Assembly (NCBI GenBank): GCA_026392275.1
Contig: JAPLCM010000149.1
Location: 1-53,462, forward strand
Direction of reading: 5' to 3'
From: Actinomycetota bacterium
GTDB lineage: Bacteria; Actinomycetota; Thermoleophilia; UBA2241
Length of the DNA stretch: 53,462 bases
The stretch's first letter is position 1. Each line of letters opens with the position of its first letter. The notes under the pieces were generated by a model. That model saw only the letters and a program-made list of their open reading frames with translations, had not been told where the DNA came from and made no database searches. Positions 49,547 through 53,462 of the stretch are shown here, piece by piece. Position numbers and translations under genes: made by a program.

Positions 49547-50293
49547 GTGGACATTCCGCGGATATTCAGCATCACCGAGAGTGCTCACCGCATCCACAAC
49601 CCAATCACACCCGAGAAGCTTGCCACTCTCGGCGCGGCGCTCCGTCTGGAATCGGGGGTCCGAGTGCTCGACCTCGGCAGCGGTTCGGGGGAGATGCTGT
49701 GCACCTGGGCGCGCGATCACGGCGTCGTCGGCACCGGCATCGACATGAGCCAGTTGTTCACCGAGCAAGCGAGACTCCGTGCTGAAGAACTCGGAGTCGC
49801 CGATGAGGTCAAGTTCATCCATGGCGATGCTGCCGGCTATGTCTCTGACGAGAAGACCGATGTGGCGGCCTGTGTCGGTGCCACTTGGATCGCTGGGGGA
49901 GTTGCCGGCACTATCGAGCTTCTGGCGCGGAGCCTGCGCACCGGAGGGATCATCCTCATCGGCGAGCCCTACTGGCGGCAGTTACCGCCAACGGAAGATG
50001 TTGCCACGGGGTGTCTTGCCAATTCAATCTCCGACTTCCTCATGCTTCCAGGACTTCTCGCTTCTTTCGGCCACCTTGGCTACGACGTTGTTGAGATGGT
50101 TCTCGCTGACCAAGACGGCTGGGACAGATACGAGGCGGCCAAGTGGCTCACTATGCGCCGATGGCTCGAAGCCAATCCCGACGACGAGTTCGCGAAAGAT
50201 GTTCGAGCCGAACTTACCTCGGAACCCGAGCGCTACGCCGCCTACACGCGTGAATACCTGGGCTGGGGTGTGTTCGCACTGATGCCGCGGTGA
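49547..50293 (+). CDS. Class I SAM-dependent methyltransferase (YjhP-like)
   Basis: DIPRIFSITESAHRIHNP, LDLGSGSGE, CVGATWI, REYLGWGVF; GGAGG RBS; more A/T-ending codons than the core genes. Confidence 0.88.
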   Translation: MDIPRIFSITESAHRIHNPITPEKLATLGAALRLESGVRVLDLGSGSGEMLCTWARDHGVVGTGIDMSQLFTEQARLRAEELGVADEVKFIHGDAAGYVSDEKTDVAACVGATWIAGGVAGTIELLARSLRTGGIILIGEPYWRQLPPTEDVATGCLANSISDFLMLPGLLASFGHLGYDVVEMVLADQDGWDRYEAAKWLTMRRWLEANPDDEFAKDVRAELTSEPERYAAYTREYLGWGVFALMPR

Positions 50294-50479
50294 TGCGTTG
50301 GCGCATCCGGCGAATCGTCAACGCCTAAGGTCATTGGTGGTTGGTGGTGCCCAGATTGGCTACACGCGGTCGGGCCAATAGAAGGCATCAACCTGACGGC
50401 CAGAAGGTAGACTGACCAGATGGCGCCTGCGCCGCAGGTCATGCCTGAGAAGTTGGGCAGGCGAGAGGCCAGGTTGAGG

Positions 50480-51024
50480 GTGCAGGGCTACTACTCCACG
50501 AAGCTATCAGGCGATCGCCTGCAGCAGTGCTGTGAGCTGACCCCCACTCGCGTGAAGCAGTACCTGGAGGCTGAGATCGAGTTCGTCCTCAGCCGGCTTC
50601 GGCCGACTGATTCCGTGTTGGAGCTCGGCTGCGGATACGGGCGCGTGGCGTTTCGCCTCGCCGACGTCGCGGCGCGCGTCGCAGGGGTCGACACTTCGTC
50701 CGTAAGCCTCACCTTGGCGCGTCAGCTTGCCCGTCCTGAATCGCGGTGCTTGTTCCTGCAGATGGACGCGTCGGCTCTGACGTTTGGAGACGGCACGTTT
50801 GACGTGGTCGTGTGCGTGCAGAACGGCATCTGCGCGTTTGCACTCGACGCCGTGCGGCTCGTGCGTGAGGCACCGCGGGTGACTCGACCTGGGGGGAGAG
50901 TCGTGTTCTCATCGTACTCTGCGGGGTTCTGGCCGGAACGGCTCCAGTGGTTCGAGTCCCAAGCAGCGGCCGGCTTGGTGGACCCGATTGACAACGACCA
51001 GACGGAGAATGGAACGGTCGTGTG
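50480..51024 (+). pseudogene. SAM-dependent methyltransferase, apparently 3'-truncated
   Basis: YLEAEI, VLELGCGYGR, QMDA, FDVVVC.QNG, RPGG; protein-like sequence is lost after NGTVVC. Confidence 0.65.
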
Positions 51025-51099
51025 CGGGGTGGAGGTTGTGGGTCGCGCTGTTGAGGCAGCGTGCCAGATCTTCGTTGAGGCTCTGGGGCCTGAAACACC

Positions 51100-51400
51100 G
51101 ATGTTCGACCGCCCAGGCCGAGGTCAAGCGTCGTCTGTGCAACGTCGGCCTGCTTGAGCGGTTCGACGTCGTGGTGGGCGGATACGAGGTCGCGCGCGGC
51201 AAGCCGGCATTCGACCTCTTCCTGCGCGCCGGCGAGGACCTCGGCGTCGTCGCGGCAAACTGCGTCGTCTTCGAAGACCCGGAGGCGTGCATCAGGGCAG
51301 CAGCCGCCGCCGGGATGATCCCGGTGCTGGTCCCGGACCTTGTGGATCCGTCGCCGGTCGCCCGCGAGCTCGGGCTGCCACACCTGACCCTTATGGACAT
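51100..51400 (+). pseudogene. HAD-superfamily phosphatase, C-terminal fragment
   Basis: FDVVVGG.EV.RGKPA.DLFL, CVVFED, AAGM.PVLVPD; no N-terminal DxD motif and no plausible start. Confidence 0.7.
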
Positions 51401-51594
51401 GGCCCTGGCGATCGAGCCGTACTTCGAGACGGTCGAGATCAGGGCAGACGTGTTCGGGCACCCGCCGGACGCCTACTTTCGTGCCTTCGTCGGCGTCTTC
51501 CGTCGTCGATATGCGGCGTCGATAGCGTCGGCTGGGCGTCCGCGCCTGAGTGGGCGTGTGAAGCGTACGCCGCCGGGTGCGGTCGGCGGGCCGC

Positions 51595-52335
51595 TCATTC
51601 GCCGTTCGTGAGGGCCCACTCGAGCGTCGCCCGCGCGACCTCGGGCGAGCGCCCGGGGCCGTGGTGGCCGCCCTCGTCCAGAGCGATGAAGCGCGTCGGG
51701 GCGGCCAGCACGGCCGCCAGGCGCTCGCTGTGCGAGAACGGCACGGCCTCGTCGTCGCGGGCGTGCGCGAGGAGCACGCGCGGCAGGCCGCGTGCCACGG
51801 CGGCCAGGTCGAGCCGACGTAGATACGGGCGCAGGGCGACGGCGTCGAAGCGGCCGTAGTACTCGCGGTCGGGGTCTTCGGCGCGCTCGAGCCGCTCGAG
51901 GTCGTCGAGGCCGGCGAGCAGGGAGGGGCCGTCCGCCGGGCAGAGCAGAACCAGCGAGCGGAACAGCTGCGGGTGGGCGCGCGCCGCCAGCAGCAGGAAG
52001 CACCCCCCCATGCTGGCCCCGCGCGCCGCCAGCCACGGGGCGCCGCTCGCGGCCAGCAGCGCCTCGCCGGCCGCGACGGCGTCGCGCCAGCCCTCCGGGC
52101 CCAGCACGCCGTCGCTCTCGCCGTGGCCGCGGAAGTCGAAGGTCAGCGCGGCCAGCCCTGCGGCAGCAGCCTGCTCGCCCATGATGCCGTGGTTCTCCTT
52201 GCGGCTGCCGGCGCCGTGGCAGATCAGCAAGGCGCCGCGTGGGCGCGCGGCCGGCCGAAAGAGCAGGCCGGCCAGCTCGAGCCCGTCGGAGGCGATGCGA
52301 AGCGGCTCCGGCGCCGGTGCGGACGAGGCATTCAC
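51595..52335 (-). CDS. Alpha/beta hydrolase
   Basis: CHGAGS, FDFRGHGES, GASMGG nucleophile elbow, DEAVP, GGHH. Confidence 0.88.
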   Translation of the reverse strand: MNASSAPAPEPLRIASDGLELAGLLFRPAARPRGALLICHGAGSRKENHGIMGEQAAAAGLAALTFDFRGHGESDGVLGPEGWRDAVAAGEALLAASGAPWLAARGASMGGCFLLLAARAHPQLFRSLVLLCPADGPSLLAGLDDLERLERAEDPDREYYGRFDAVALRPYLRRLDLAAVARGLPRVLLAHARDDEAVPFSHSERLAAVLAAPTRFIALDEGGHHGPGRSPEVARATLEWALTNGE

Positions 52336-52461
52336 GGCGCGAGTGTAGCCGACGCCTCCGTTCTCATGTACTTGCGGCACCGCGGGCCGGCTGCGCCGCC
52401 GCGGCCGTACCGTCCCTGCGACACCCGGCGGGCCGCGACGCCCCGCTGTCACGGAGGTCCC

Positions 52462-53356
52462 ATGCACGAGGTCAACGTCTGCCACAAGACCCTGGGGGAC
52501 CACCGCTCGATCGTCCCCGGGGAGCTGATGGCCGAGATCGACGAGCTGGCCGCCGGCCTCCGCGGCAGGCGCGTCCTGCACGTCAACGCCACCGCCTTCG
52601 GCGGCGGCGTCGCCGAGATCCTCTACACCCCGGTGCCGCTCACCTCCGACGCGGGCCTTCCGGCAGAGTGGCGGGTGATCACGGCGCCGCCCGAGTTCCA
52701 TGACGTCACCAAGAGACTCCACAACGGCCTGCAGGGCCAGGCCGTCGACTTCCCGGCGGCGGCCCGGGAGCTCTACGAGAGCGTCTGCCGCGCCAACGCC
52801 GCCGACCTTACGCGGGCCTACGACTTCGTCGTGATCCACGATCCGCAACCACTGGCCATGCGCGATTGCGTCACCGTGAGTCAGGACCGCTCCACGTGGT
52901 GGATCTGGCGCTGCCACATCGACACGTCGACGCCCGGCGAGGGGCTCTACGACTACCTGCTGCCGTCCATCAACCGCTACGACGTGGCCGTCCACACTCG
53001 ACAACGTCGGGTCCGTCGAGATCAACGTCTTCCAGAGCCATGCCGACGTGATCGTGCAGAAGTCCACCCGCGAAGGCTTCGGTCTCACCGTCACCGAGGG
53101 GCTGTGGAAGGGCCGGCCCACGATCGGCGGCGACGTGGGGGGGGATCCCGCTGCAGATCGAGGACGGCGTCACCGGGTACCTCGTCAAGTCCGCGGCCGA
53201 GTGCGCCGAACGGTGTCTGCAGGTGCTGGCGGACCCCGAGAAGCACCGGCGCATGGCTCTTGCTGGGCAAGGAACACGTGCGCCGCGAATTCCTTACGCC
53301 GCGGCTGCTGCGCGACGAACTGCGGCTCTTCTCCGACCTGCAGGCGGGTAAGATAG
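52462..53356 (+). pseudogene. treT: TreT-like GT4 glycosyltransferase (trehalose synthase), with a deletion and frameshifts
   Basis: NATAFGGGVAEIL, HDPQP, WRCHID; then a jump to QKSTREGFGLTVTEGLWK in another frame; further shifts at the G8 run (53137-53144) and near 53260; 3' boundary approximate. Confidence 0.85.
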
Positions 53357-53462
53357 GGCGGCAAGGCCCGGCCAGCGACGCTTCGCCGGTCCGGCCGGGC
53401 GCGACCGCGACGCAGGGGGTGCGGCGTGCACGCCGACGATCTCGCAGGACGCCGTCTCGTGG

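Noticed and set aside
53137-53144. G8 tract as a phase-variation switch
   Set aside because: The gene has other lesions (a deletion and further frameshifts), so tract slippage could not restore it
45856-53462. Integrative element at tRNA-Gly (or at tRNA-fMet)
   Set aside because: No integrase and no duplicated tRNA 3' end seen in the window

Overview
High-GC bacterial chromosome segment. Gene order and content suggest Actinomycetota, probably an anaerobic Thermoleophilia-like lineage (inference). The core is a housekeeping block: tilS-hpt-ftsH-folEPBK-nadBC-coaX-dus-greA-lysS ... clpC-radA-carD-PIN/TRAM-ispD-ispF. It is flanked by amino-acid/peptide catabolism genes (C45 fragment, D-aminoacylase, PucR regulator, ald, aldehyde:ferredoxin oxidoreductase, M42 and M55 peptidases), an MMPL-SQR-small ORF insert, a Moco-riboswitch-led molybdate transporter plus mobAB fusion and tatA, a V4R-GGDEF protein, dtxR-feoB with an operator, two tRNAs (fMet, Gly-CCC) and a decayed accessory region at the right end. 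No CRISPR array, intact transposase or prophage was seen. The most notable observations are: ispF has no canonical start codon (ACG start, or a possible +1 frameshift at GTT-TAG giving IspDF); FtsH has a tandemly duplicated extracytoplasmic domain; a near-consensus promoter is embedded in radA upstream of carD; the Moco RNA has an expanded P3 region; and an IrrE/ImmA gene is split by a single in-frame TAG. All calls come from motif recognition only; no searches were run.
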